Assembly: GCA_965223545.1 (NCBI GenBank)
Contig: OZ245006.1
Location: forward strand, 7,232,001 to 7,296,000
Reading direction: 5' to 3'
Source of the DNA: Planctomycetota bacterium
Lineage (GTDB): Bacteria > Planctomycetota > UBA1135 > UBA2386
DNA length: 64,000 nucleotides
How positions within the stretch are numbered: position 1 is the stretch's first letter; each line of letters begins with the position of its first letter. The notes below the pieces were generated by a model. It made no database searches, had not been told where the DNA came from, and saw nothing but the letters and a program-made list of their open reading frames with translations. Made by a program: the position numbers and the translations under genes. Shown here piece by piece: positions 1 through 10,300 of this stretch.

Positions 1-150
1 CGGCTGGCTCTGTTCAGCATGCACTCGCTGAGCGAAGTGGACATGGAGCGCGACCCGGCGGAGCTCGACGACTTCGACGCCGAGCTGGCGCTGATGCGGA
101 TCCACATCATGGCCTACCTGCAGGAGCTTCTCCTGGACGTCGGCGTGTGA
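1..150 (+). CDS. 3' end of a gene truncated by the window edge, product unknown
   Basis: Frame +1 is open from base 1 (RLALFSMHSLSEVDMERDPAELDDFDAELALMRIHIMAYLQELLLDVGV) to TGA at 148-150, with typical high-GC3 codons; convergent with the next gene. Confidence 0.7.
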   Translation, partial: RLALFSMHSLSEVDMERDPAELDDFDAELALMRIHIMAYLQELLLDVGV

Positions 151-163
151 CCGCGGGGGCGGG

Positions 164-2755
164 TCAGCGAATCCAGAAGCCGTGCCGGACCTCGTCGTCC
201 CCGCGGCGCACGCGCAGCAAGTACTGACCGGGGTCGAGGCGCGCGGTGCGCCGGTTGGAGCGTGGCCAGCGCTCTTGGTGCAGGCCGGCGGAGCCGGCGC
301 CCTCGCGCTCGTAGATCACTTCGCCGTCCGCGTCGAGCACCGCGAGCTGCACCGCGTCGCCGTCGCTGCCGAGCCAGTAGTGGAACACTGCCCCGGCTGA
401 CGGTTCTTCGGCGCGCCAGGTGCGGGCGCCGGTGTAGCCGCGGCTGAACTCGTGGCCGAGTCGGACGCCGGGGCGCGGCTCGAACACGTGCAGGCCGGCG
501 GTCGCCGCCCTGCCGAACTCGGCGAGCGGCGTGATGTCGCAGATGTAGAAGCCGCGGCCGTGCGTGGCGGCGATGGCGTCCTCCTCGCGCGGGTGTACGA
601 CCAAGTCGTGCACCGGTGCCGGCGGCATGCCCGCACCGAGTGGCAGCCAGTGACGGCCGCCGTCGAGTGAGACGTGCACGCCGGCCTCGTGGCCGACCAG
701 CAGACAGTCGGGGTTGCGCGGATGTTCGCGGATCACGTTGATGCAGGCCGGCGGCAGGTCGTTGTGTATCGGCCGGAAGCTCTCGCCACCGTCCGTCGTC
801 AGGTACAAGAACGGAGCGCGCAAATCCTCGCGGTAGCCGGTGAACGCGACGTACGCGACGTCCTCGTCGGCGTGCGATGGCTCGATTCGGCTCACCCAGA
901 GCGGCATCGGCATTCCTTCGAACCGCTCGGTGAGGTCTACCCAGCGCCGGCCGCCGGTGCGGCTGACCCAGACCTTGCCATCGTCGGTGCCGGCCCACAG
1001 CAGTCCCGGCCGCAGCGTGGACTCGGCCAGCGTCGTGATCGTGCAGTGGGGCACGTTGCCGGCGATCCGCGCCGCATCGCCCGTGCTCAGATCGGGGCTG
1101 ATCGTCTGCCAGTCGTCGCCGCGGTTGCGCGAACGGTGCACGAATTGCGAGCCGACGTAGACCGTCTCGGTGTTGTGGGGCGAAATGACGATCGGCGTCA
1201 TCCAGTTGAAGCGCAGCGTCGCCTGACCGCGCTCGGCGCGGGGCTTGATGCTTCGGCGCTCACCGGTGCGCAGGTTCTGGCGCGACATGCCACCGAACTG
1301 GCTCTCGGAGTAGACCACGTCGGGTTCGCGGGGGTCGATGACGGCGTAGAAGCCGTCGCCGCCGCCGACGCGGACGGCGGCGTCGGGGCCGATCGGCCGG
1401 GTCGTGGTCGAGCGACTGGGGACCGACCAGGTGCCGTTGTCCTGCAGGCCGCCATAGACGCGGTACGGCGTGCGCAGATCGACGCCGACCGCATAGAACT
1501 GACCGATGGGCAGGTGGTTGAACGTGTCCCAGTGAGCGCCGCTGTCCCAGGTCTCGGCCAGCCCGCCATCGTTGCCGAGCAGCGCGTGGTTGGGGTGCTG
1601 CGGATCGATCCACAGCGCGTGGTGATCGACGTGCAGGCCGCGGCCGAAGTCGGTGCTCCAGGTCTTGCCGCCGTCGGTGGTCTTGTGCACCGGCACCGAC
1701 AGCACGTACACCGTGTCGGCATCGGTGGGGTCGACCACGATCTGGCCGTAGTAGTAGCCGGGAGTGCCGCCGACCGGGCGCTCGTTGACCTTGGTCCAGT
1801 TGTCCCCCCCGTCATCGCTGCGATAGACCTCGCCCGTGCCGGAGTCCGGATCGCGTCGACTGGCCCGGCGGCCGCGGCCGCTGCGCGCGGCAAGCATGGC
1901 GGCCGGGTCGGCGTTCTCGACCACGGCGTAGACGATGTCCGGGTCGCCGGCGAACAGCGCCAGGCCGATGCGGCCGAGGGCACCCTCGGGCAGCCCGCCC
2001 TCGAGGCGGGTCCAGGAGTCGCCGCCATCGGTCGACTTGTGGATCGCGCTGCCGGGGCCGGCCGGGTCGAAGTGGTGTGCGCGGCGCCGGCGCTCGTAGG
2101 TGGCGGCGTAGACGGTGTCGGGGTCGTGGGGATCGATGACCACGTCGACGCAGCCGACGGATGGGCCGGGTTGCAGCACTGCCTGCCAGTGCGCGCCGCC
2201 GTCGGTGCTGCGGTACAGTCCGCGCTGCTCGCTGTCGGTGTAGAGCGCACCCAGGGTGGCGACGTAGACGACCTCGGGGTTGGTCGGGTGTACCGCAATC
2301 CGACCGATGTGCTCGCTGTGGCGCAGGCCGCAGTGGGTCCAGCTCTCGCCGCCGTCGATCGAACGGTAGACGCCGTCGCCCCAGTACGAGCTGCGCTGAT
2401 TGTTGGCCTCGCCGGTGCCGACCCACACCGTGCGCGGCGCGGAGGGCGCCAGCGTCACGGCGCCGATCGAAAACTGGCCGGTGTCGTCGAACACCGGCCG
2501 AAAGGTCGTGCCGGCGTTGTCGGTCTTCCACAGGCCGCCGCTGCCGGTCGCCACGTACCACGTCGCCGGCGCGGTGGGGTCGACGTCGATGTCGACGATG
2601 CGGCCGCCGAAGTTGACCGGCCCGATCGAGCGCCAGCGCAGGCCTTGCAGCGCGTCGCCGTCCAACGCGGGCTGCGCCGTCGCCGGGGAGATGGCCGTCA
2701 GCGAGGCCAGCCCAGCGAGGGCCAGCGCGGGGAGAGCGTGGGCGGTGGGGGTCAT
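164..2755 (-). CDS. Secreted VPS10/sortilin-like (BNR/Asp-box) beta-propeller glycosyl hydrolase-like protein, 863 aa
   Basis: Repeated S/T-x-D-G-G-x-x-W Asp boxes, WRSIGP..GGRI start motif and YGGLQDNGTW motif. Start MTPTAHAL at ATG 2755 overlaps the upstream stop (ATGA); signal peptide ...PATA-QP. The ORF-track extension to 4252 is a shadow frame. Confidence 0.85.
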   Translation of the reverse strand: MTPTAHALPALALAGLASLTAISPATAQPALDGDALQGLRWRSIGPVNFGGRIVDIDVDPTAPATWYVATGSGGLWKTDNAGTTFRPVFDDTGQFSIGAVTLAPSAPRTVWVGTGEANNQRSSYWGDGVYRSIDGGESWTHCGLRHSEHIGRIAVHPTNPEVVYVATLGALYTDSEQRGLYRSTDGGAHWQAVLQPGPSVGCVDVVIDPHDPDTVYAATYERRRRAHHFDPAGPGSAIHKSTDGGDSWTRLEGGLPEGALGRIGLALFAGDPDIVYAVVENADPAAMLAARSGRGRRASRRDPDSGTGEVYRSDDGGDNWTKVNERPVGGTPGYYYGQIVVDPTDADTVYVLSVPVHKTTDGGKTWSTDFGRGLHVDHHALWIDPQHPNHALLGNDGGLAETWDSGAHWDTFNHLPIGQFYAVGVDLRTPYRVYGGLQDNGTWSVPSRSTTTRPIGPDAAVRVGGGDGFYAVIDPREPDVVYSESQFGGMSRQNLRTGERRSIKPRAERGQATLRFNWMTPIVISPHNTETVYVGSQFVHRSRNRGDDWQTISPDLSTGDAARIAGNVPHCTITTLAESTLRPGLLWAGTDDGKVWVSRTGGRRWVDLTERFEGMPMPLWVSRIEPSHADEDVAYVAFTGYREDLRAPFLYLTTDGGESFRPIHNDLPPACINVIREHPRNPDCLLVGHEAGVHVSLDGGRHWLPLGAGMPPAPVHDLVVHPREEDAIAATHGRGFYICDITPLAEFGRAATAGLHVFEPRPGVRLGHEFSRGYTGARTWRAEEPSAGAVFHYWLGSDGDAVQLAVLDADGEVIYEREGAGSAGLHQERWPRSNRRTARLDPGQYLLRVRRGDDEVRHGFWIR

Positions 2756-5745
2756 CGCGGGGTCTCCGCGCGCTCGGCGTCGAGGGAGGTGGTCGGATCG
2801 GGGAGTAGCACGATGGCGCGCCGCTGCTCGAAGTCGTCGAGGCGGAGCACTGCGGTGTAGCTGCCGGGGGTTGCCGGCGCAGGCCGTGGACCGGGGGAGC
2901 GGCCGCGCCGGCGGCCGCCGCTGCGGCCGCTCGGATCCCATTGCAGGCGTTGTAGGCCGGCGCTGGCCGCGCCCTCGAGGCGGGCCAGCGATTGTCCCTC
3001 GATGTCGAGGATCTCCACCGTCGGCGCCGCGCTCGGGGTCGCGCGTAGCCAGAGGTAGATCGTGGCGCCCGCTGGCGGGTTGGAGGCACGCCAATCGCGG
3101 TTGCCGGTTAAGCTGCGGCTGCGCGTGCGCCACAGGATCGCCGGCGCCGGCGTCAACAGGTGGATATCCTCGGCCGCGACCTCGGCGTCGAGCTGGCGCA
3201 GGGGCGCGATGTCGACCACCCAGAGGCCGCGGCCGTGCGTGGCGGCCACCAGGTCGGCGTCGCGGTCTTGGATGGCGAGGTCGCGCACGGCGACGGTCGG
3301 CAGCTTGGAGCCCAGCGGCAACCACGCCGCGCCGCGGTCGAGCGACACCCAGCAACCGAACTCGGTGCCCAAGAACAGCAGATCCTCGCGGGTCGGATCC
3401 TCGACCAGGATGTGGCAGGGGGCGTCGGGCAGTGTGTCGGCCAACGATTGCCAAGTGGCGCCGCGATCCCCGCTGACGTAGACGTGGCTCGAGAAGTCGT
3501 CCGAGCGGTGGCCGTCGAGGGTGACGTAGACCCGGTCGGCGTCGTGTGCCGAGGCGGTGATCGAGCTGACGTAGCGCGGTCCGCCGGCGTGGGGCAGGCG
3601 CGCGTGCAGCTCCTCCCACTGGCGGCCGTCGTCGACGCTGCGCCAGAGGGCGCCATCGTCGGTGCCGACGAACAGGACACCGGCCTCGACCGGCGATTCC
3701 GCCATCGCGGTGGCGGTGCCGCGTGCCGACAGGCCGAGTGGGTCGGAGGTCAGCTGCCGACTGGCGCCGCCGCGGTCGACCGAGCGGTGGGCGTGGGCGC
3801 CGGCGAAGTAGAGCACGCGCGAGTTGTGCGGCGAGAGGAAGAACGGGGTGTCCCAGTTGAATGCGCCGGCACCCCGCGGCCGATCGACGCGCGTCGATCG
3901 ACCCGTGCGCAGATCGACCCGGCCGATGTTCCCGTTCTGGCTGGTGGCGTACACGGTGTCCGGATCGAGCGGGTCGGCGTGGGCGCGAAACCCGTCGCCG
4001 GAGTAGATCTTGAACCAGTCCGCGGCCGTGATGCCCTCGCGGAACGAGGTGCGCGAGGGGCCGCCCCAGGTGCCGTTGTCCTGCAGGCCGCCGAACACGC
4101 GGTAGGGCACGCTCTGGTCGACGCCGGCGTGGTAGAACTGGCCGATCGGCAGGTTGTCGACGATCTCCCAGGTCCGGCCACCGTCGCGGGTCTCGTTGAG
4201 ACCGCCGTCGCAGGCGGCCAACAAGTGGCCGGAGCTCGTCGGGTCGATCCACACGTCGTGGAAGTCGACGTGGATGCCCCGGTTGATCGGCTGGAAGTCG
4301 CTGCCGCCGTCGTGGCTGCCGTACAGCTGGACGCCGACCGAGTAGAGCCGCTGGTCGTCGCGCGGGTCGACGCGGATCACGCTGTAGTAGAACGGGCGCT
4401 CGGTGAGACTGTTGAGCCGCCGCCAGGTCTGGCCGCGGTCGTCGGAGCGGAACACTCCGCCGGTCTCGAAGCCGCGCTCGCCCTGGCTGTCCTGCACGTT
4501 CGCGTTCTGGCCGCCCAGCCGGCCGGCGTTCGGCCCGCCCGGTGCGGTGCTCGGTGGGCCGCGACGTCGCAGGCCCGGTCGCTCGCCGTAGGTCAGCTCG
4601 ACCTCGAGCTGTTGCTCGCCGCGGCGCACCACCAGGGTCGCGCGGTCGCCGGCGGTCGAGGCGCCAAACTGCTCGGCCGCGTCCTCCCAGCTGCCGATCT
4701 CGTCGTCGCCGATGCGAACGATGACGTCGCCGGAGGCGAGGCCGGCCTGCGCCGCCGGGCCGCCCTTGGTGACCAGGTCGAGCCGCGCTCCCGGTGCACC
4801 ATCGCCGCCGAGTACCCCGACGTAGCCACGGTCGGCGTCGGCGTCCTCCTCGTCGGGTGGCGAGCGCCGCTCACCGTCGGCCCAGCCGCTGCGCTCGGTC
4901 TCGATGATGGCGAACACGGTCGCCGGGTTCGCGGCGTAGAGGTCGATGCCGGCGCGCCCCCAGCGACAGGTCGGCAGACCGTCGCTGAGTCGCTGCCAGT
5001 GGTCGCCGCCGTCGTCGCTGCGCCACAGGCCGGAGCCGTCGCCGAATCGTTGCGCGGGGTCGTTGCTGTCGAACTCGTCGCGCCAGCGCTCATAGGAGAC
5101 GGCGTAGACGACGCGCGGGTTCTGCGGGTCGATCCGCACGTCGATGCAGCCGGTGCGGTCGTCGATGGCCAGTACGTGCTCCCACGTGTCGCCGCCGTCG
5201 CGGGTGCGAAACAGACCCCGCTCGGGGTTGCGCCCCCAGAGCCGGCCGAGCGCGGCGACGAACACCACGTCGGCGTCGGTCGGGTGGATCGCGATGTGGC
5301 CGATCTGGAAGCTGGCGGCGAGGCCCATGTGCCGGAAGGTGTCGCCGCCGTCGGTCGACTTGTAGACCCCGTCGCCCCATTGCACCGAGTTGCGCGCGTT
5401 CTCCTCACCGGTGCCGACCCAGACGACGTCGGGATCGGACGGAGCGATCGCGACATCGCCGATCGACGCTGTCGGATAGTGGTCGAACACCGGCGTCCAC
5501 GTCGTGCCCGCGTTGGTGGTGCGCCACAGCCCGCCACCACCGGTGGCGACGAACCACACCCACGGCGTTTGCGGCACCACTTCGACGTTGGTGATGCGTC
5601 CGCCCATGTTGGTCGGACCGAGGTTGCGCCACTCCAGAGCGCTGAGCTGGTCGGCGGCGATGCCGAGCGATGGCGCGGGTGCGGCGTCCTGCTGAGCGAG
5701 AGCTGGGCAGCAGCAGACGAGGGCGGCGAGGGCGGTCTGGCGCAT
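2752..5745 (-). CDS. Secreted VPS10/BNR-repeat glycosyl hydrolase-like protein with an inserted PDZ domain
   Basis: Paralog of the downstream gene (WRNLGP..GGRI, GGLQDNGTW, Asp boxes). Internal segment GYVGV...VTKGGPAAQAGLASGDVIVRIG...LVVRRGEQQLEVELT is PDZ-like. Signal peptide ...CPALA-QQ; GAGG upstream of the start. Confidence 0.85.
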   Translation of the reverse strand: MRQTALAALVCCCPALAQQDAAPAPSLGIAADQLSALEWRNLGPTNMGGRITNVEVVPQTPWVWFVATGGGGLWRTTNAGTTWTPVFDHYPTASIGDVAIAPSDPDVVWVGTGEENARNSVQWGDGVYKSTDGGDTFRHMGLAASFQIGHIAIHPTDADVVFVAALGRLWGRNPERGLFRTRDGGDTWEHVLAIDDRTGCIDVRIDPQNPRVVYAVSYERWRDEFDSNDPAQRFGDGSGLWRSDDGGDHWQRLSDGLPTCRWGRAGIDLYAANPATVFAIIETERSGWADGERRSPPDEEDADADRGYVGVLGGDGAPGARLDLVTKGGPAAQAGLASGDVIVRIGDDEIGSWEDAAEQFGASTAGDRATLVVRRGEQQLEVELTYGERPGLRRRGPPSTAPGGPNAGRLGGQNANVQDSQGERGFETGGVFRSDDRGQTWRRLNSLTERPFYYSVIRVDPRDDQRLYSVGVQLYGSHDGGSDFQPINRGIHVDFHDVWIDPTSSGHLLAACDGGLNETRDGGRTWEIVDNLPIGQFYHAGVDQSVPYRVFGGLQDNGTWGGPSRTSFREGITAADWFKIYSGDGFRAHADPLDPDTVYATSQNGNIGRVDLRTGRSTRVDRPRGAGAFNWDTPFFLSPHNSRVLYFAGAHAHRSVDRGGASRQLTSDPLGLSARGTATAMAESPVEAGVLFVGTDDGALWRSVDDGRQWEELHARLPHAGGPRYVSSITASAHDADRVYVTLDGHRSDDFSSHVYVSGDRGATWQSLADTLPDAPCHILVEDPTREDLLFLGTEFGCWVSLDRGAAWLPLGSKLPTVAVRDLAIQDRDADLVAATHGRGLWVVDIAPLRQLDAEVAAEDIHLLTPAPAILWRTRSRSLTGNRDWRASNPPAGATIYLWLRATPSAAPTVEILDIEGQSLARLEGAASAGLQRLQWDPSGRSGGRRRGRSPGPRPAPATPGSYTAVLRLDDFEQRRAIVLLPDPTTSLDAERAETPR

Positions 5746-5854
5746 CAATGGAGCCTCGTGCGTCCGGGGGGCGCGGCAGAATACGCTGCCCGCCGCTCCG
5801 GCGGTTGTGTCGATTTCGTCGAACCGCGCGGGTCAGGTCGGCCGCGGCCCCGGG

Positions 5855-6418
5855 TCACCCATCGCACCGCGGGTTGGCGGGCATCTCGGGCTCGAGGTCG
5901 ACACCGAGCGCGTCCGCCACCCGGTTGATGTAGTTGAAGTAGCTCGCCACCTGCACGGTGGCGTGGATCTCCCGGTCGCTCGCGCCGTGTCCGCGCAGGC
6001 GATCGATATCTGCGCGCCGGCACGCGCTGGGGTGCAGGGTCAACTTCTCGGCATACGCGAGCAGCGCCGACTGCGCGGCGGTCAGCGCCAAAGTGGGGTC
6101 GTCGGCCAGCAGCGCGTCGCGCAGCGCGGGGGGGGCCTCGGCACGGAGGTCCGCTCGGTGCGCGTGCGTTCAGTAGTGACAGTGGTTGAGGCGCGAGACC
6201 CGCACCGCGATCAGCTCGCGGAACCAGCGCGGCAGCGGCGCATCGGGCGCGGTCGTGGTCGCCGCGTACAGCTGCAGCGAAGCGTTGAGGGTGGCGGCGT
6301 CCAGCGACTGCAGCCTGACGATGCCGAACACGCGACCGGCGCGGCGCACTGCGGCGTCGAAGATGCGCCGCAGCCGGCCGTCGGCGGCGTCGTCGGCGCT
6401 GGTTTCGATCCAGGCCAT
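5855..6418 (-). CDS. AhpD/CMD-like peroxidase-related selenoprotein (UGA at 6170-6172 read as Sec), 187 aa
   Basis: MAWIETS...RELIAVRVSRLNHCHY-UGA-THAHRADL continues in frame into ALLAYAEKLT...VASYFNYINRVADALG. UGA sits at the second Cys of the CxxCxxxH motif and a hairpin follows. Confidence 0.85.
6119..6163 (-). promoter_or_regulatory. Putative bacterial SECIS element
   Basis: mRNA 3' of UGA: GCGCA..GCGG-A-CCUC[CGUGCC]GAGG..CCGC..UGCGC. The apical loop starts 25 nt after UGA and has G at its second position. Confidence 0.6.
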
Positions 6419-6452
6419 GGCGCTGCCAGCGGAGCGCGTGTGGCGGATCGCG

Positions 6453-7241
6453 TCAAGGCGCGGCGTCGCGGTGCCGGCGGCTGCGCAAGAGGACGAACAT
6501 GCGCTCGTCGCCGGCGTCGCTGGCCGGGTCCGAGCGGTCGACATCGCCGCGGTGCAGCCGGGAGAGGACGTCCCAGCCGGTGCGTTCGAGCAGGCGCAGC
6601 AGCCCTTCGGGCGTGAACACCCAGAAGTTGGACGCGTCCGCGTTGCACTCCGCCGCGTCGACGAGATAGGCGAGCGGCCACGGCGCCAGCGGGGTCTCGC
6701 GGTCGGGCGCGCGGCGCGCGACGCGCGTGCTGAGGAAGCAGTACTCGGTCTGGGTCGCCAGGGTCTCGAGCACGCCGAACGGGTTCTTGAGGTGGTAGAG
6801 GATGCCGAGCAGGAAGACGAGGCCGTAGTCACTGCGCGGCAGGCGCAGGGCGCGGTCGAGATCGACGTCGTGCACCTCCACCGCACCGCCGAGGTCGGCC
6901 GCCAGCCGGTGTGCTCCCGCGAGCTGGTTGAAGTTGCTCTCGCCGTGGTCGATGACGTCGCACGCCACGCCGAGCGAGGCCAGCAGAAACGACAGGTCGC
7001 CGTCGGCGGCGCCGACGTCGGCGACTCTCCGTCCGCCGATGAGCGCCGCGAGATCGCGCTGGTCGCCGGCGAGCATCGCGTCCAGGTGCCAGAGGTTGGC
7101 GAGGATGTCGTACGGGTACCAAAAGCCTTCCCCGGCCTCGAGTTGTTGTTTTCGGTGTAGCAAATCTTGGCCGAACGCGCGGGCCACCGGCAGCAAGGCG
7201 CGTATGTCGGTGAGCGGGGAAGAACCGGGGTCGGCGGCCAT
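6453..7241 (-). CDS. Class I SAM-dependent methyltransferase (CmoB/DUF1698-like)
   Basis: Motif I VADVGAADG and YGLVFLLGILYHLKNP; start MAADPG at ATG 7241. Confidence 0.8.
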   Translation of the reverse strand: MAADPGSSPLTDIRALLPVARAFGQDLLHRKQQLEAGEGFWYPYDILANLWHLDAMLAGDQRDLAALIGGRRVADVGAADGDLSFLLASLGVACDVIDHGESNFNQLAGAHRLAADLGGAVEVHDVDLDRALRLPRSDYGLVFLLGILYHLKNPFGVLETLATQTEYCFLSTRVARRAPDRETPLAPWPLAYLVDAAECNADASNFWVFTPEGLLRLLERTGWDVLSRLHRGDVDRSDPASDAGDERMFVLLRSRRHRDAAP

Positions 7242-7364
7242 CGGCGGCGCAGATCTTGCGCCAACCACGGCGGCACGGCAACCGCGACTCGCCGCGCCGC
7301 GGCGCAGCGAAAATGATACGCTGCATGCCTTCTCCCCGCGTTCGGGTTGAACGGAGACCTGCTC

Positions 7365-10300
7365 ATGCACCCAAGCCCCCTCTCGTCCGCAACTCTCTTC
7401 GTGTCCGCGCTTGCGCTGGGGCCGTTGGCGGCGCAGTCGCCGGTGCCGCAGCTGACCCTGGACATCAACCAGCGGACGGTCGGCAGCCCACCGAGCTCGA
7501 GTCCGACGGGCTTCGTGCAGATGGGGGCGTTCGTCTACTTCGCCGCGCGCGCCGACAAGGTCGGCAGCGAGCTGTTCCGCACCATCGGGGTGCCGAACAC
7601 GACCACCCTGGTCGCCGACATCGAGCCTGGTACCGGCAACTCGTCGCCCGGCAATCTGCAGGTGCTCCCCGGCGCGCGCTTGGTCTTCGCGGCCTTCCGC
7701 GCCGATATCGGGCGCGAGCTCTGGGTGTCGGATGGCACCGCGGCGAACACGCAGCCGATCGACATTCGCACCGGCACCGGTAGCTCCAATCCGAGTTGGT
7801 TGGCCGTCTCCGGCGTCAACGTGTTCTTTACCGCCGACGACGGTTCCGGCGTCGGCACCGAGCTGTGGATCAGCAACGGCAGTGCGGCCGGCACCCGGCT
7901 GGTTGCCGATATCCGCCCCGGCTCGAGCTCCGCTTCGATCACGCAGATCACGCCGTTCAAGAACGGCGTCCTGTTCTCCGCGACCGACGGCACCACTGGC
8001 ATCGAGCTGTGGTGGTCGGACGGCACCGCGGCGGGCACCACGATGGTGCTCGACATCAACAACGGCGCGGGTTCGGGGTCGCCGGTGCTCGGGCCGGTGC
8101 TCGGCACGGATCTGATTTTTGCCGCGACCGACGGTGTGATCGGCCAGGAGCTGTGGAAGAGCGACGGCACCAGCGCGGGCACGGGACTCGTGCGGGACAT
8201 CAACCCTGGATCGGGAACCTCGACCCCGACGTTCGGAATCGTCTGGAACAACGAGGTGTACTTCTCCGCGGACGACGGAACCAACGGCCGCGAGCCCTGG
8301 AAGACCGACGGCACACAGGCCGGCACCGCGATGATCCGCGACATCGCCGCGACGGCGTCCAGCTCCAATCCGGTCTTCGGCGCAGTCGCGAACAGCACCT
8401 CCGGCAGTCGTGTCTTGTTCAGTGCCACCGATGGCCTCGCCGGCGTGGAGCTGTGGGGGACCGACGGCACCTTGTTCGGCACGACGCTGGTGCAGGACAT
8501 CAACCCGGGGATCGCATCGTCGACTCCGAGCGGGTTCGTCACCGTCGGCTCCAAGGTGGCGTTCATCGCCAACGACGGCACCGTGGGGGCGGAGCTCTGG
8601 CAGAGCGACGGGACGGCTGCCGGCACCGCGTTGGTGTCCGACATTCGTTCCGGCGTGAGTTCGTCGGGTATGCGGGAGTTGACCCCGCACGCTGGACTGG
8701 TCGTGTTCCAGGCCAACGATGGCTTGACCGGCGCCGAGCTCTGGGGTTCGACGCTGAATCCGTCGGGCACGCAGCTGGCGGCCGACCTGCTGACCGGCAC
8801 CACGCAGAACTCGAGTCCCGCGGGCGTCGACTTGTTCGGCCGCACCGTCTTCGCCGCCGATGATGGAGTTCAAGGACGCGAGCTGTGGATCTCCGACGGC
8901 AGCGCCGCCGGTACCCAGCTGATCTCCGACTTGCGCGCAGGAGCGTCGAGCTCCAGTCCAACCGACCTGGTGCGCATGGGGCGGCACGTGTACTTCTCCG
9001 CGGATGTAACGGCGTCCGGTCGGGAGCTGTGGCGCACCGACGGCACCGCGGCGGGAACGTCCTTGGTCGCCGACATCGTGCCGGGCACCGGCTCGTCGGC
9101 GCCGGCCGAGCTCACCGTGTGGGGCGACCTGCTCTACTTCCGGGCCTACACGATCGCCACCGGTACCGAGCTGTGGCAATCGGACGGGACCGCGGCCGGG
9201 ACCGTCCTGGTCAAGGATATCGAGCCGGGTCCGGGCAGCGGTGATCCGCTGAACCTCACCCTCCACGCAGGGGCGCTGTACTTCTCGGCAGTCGACTACA
9301 ACGGCGACGAGCTCTGGATTTCCGACGGCACCGCGGCGGGGACGAAGCTGTTGGCGGATGTTTCGGTTGGCGCGTGGAGCTCGTCCCCCGCCGACCTCGT
9401 CTCGTTCGCGGGCGCGCTCCACTTCACCGCCTCCGATCGGGTGAATGGGCGGGAGCTGTGGCGCTCGGATGGGACCACGGCGGGCACCGTTCTGCTGAGC
9501 GACATCCAGAGCGGACTCGGCAGCAGCAACCCGGGCGCGCTCACCGTTGCCGGCTCGCAGCTCTTCTTCACCGCGAACGATGGCAGCAGGGGTACCGAGC
9601 TCTGGGTGACCAACGGTAGCGGCGCCGGCACGCGCTTGGTCGCCGACCTCGAAGCGGGCGCCAGCGGCTCCTCGCCGACAAACCTGACGGTGTTCGGCGC
9701 TTCCGTGCTGCTCTCGGCACGCACCTCGACCACCGGTACCGAGCTGTGGGTGTCGGATGGAACGGCGGCGGGCACGCGCGTGATCGACGTCGAGCCGGGC
9801 AGTGGCTCGTCGTCACCGAGCCCCGCGTTCGCGACGGGCAGCCGGTTCGCCTATTTCGGCGCGACCACCAGCGGCGAAGGGCAAGAGCTGTGGGTCACCG
9901 ACGGTACGCAAGCCGGGACGCGGCAGGTCGACTCGCTCGCCAGCGGCACCGCGTCGGCGACACCCGGCGACTACTTGCTCGGCGGCGGCTTGCTCTGGTT
10001 CGCCGCCTATGGCGATGGCGTGGGCCGCGAGCTGTGGACGCTCGACGTCGGCGCGAACGTGCAACAAGTCGGGCAGGGCTGCGGCCAGCGCGGTGGCGTT
10101 TTGAGCGCCACCGATCCGGTGCTCGGCCAGCTGATGCAGGTCCGCGGCCGCGACGCGCTGCCGGGAACCACGGGCTTCGTCCTGCTCAGTGGGCCGTTGC
10201 CGGCGATTCCACTGGGCAGCGGCTGCTTCTTCTACCTGCTGCCGCAGGGGTTCGCGAATCTGGGAGCGGTACCGATCACCAGCGGGAGTTGGGCGGTGCC

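Noticed and set aside
5855..6418. Pseudogene or two separate small genes
   Set aside because: The stop is UGA exactly at the catalytic Cys position, in frame and followed by a hairpin, which fits selenocysteine better.
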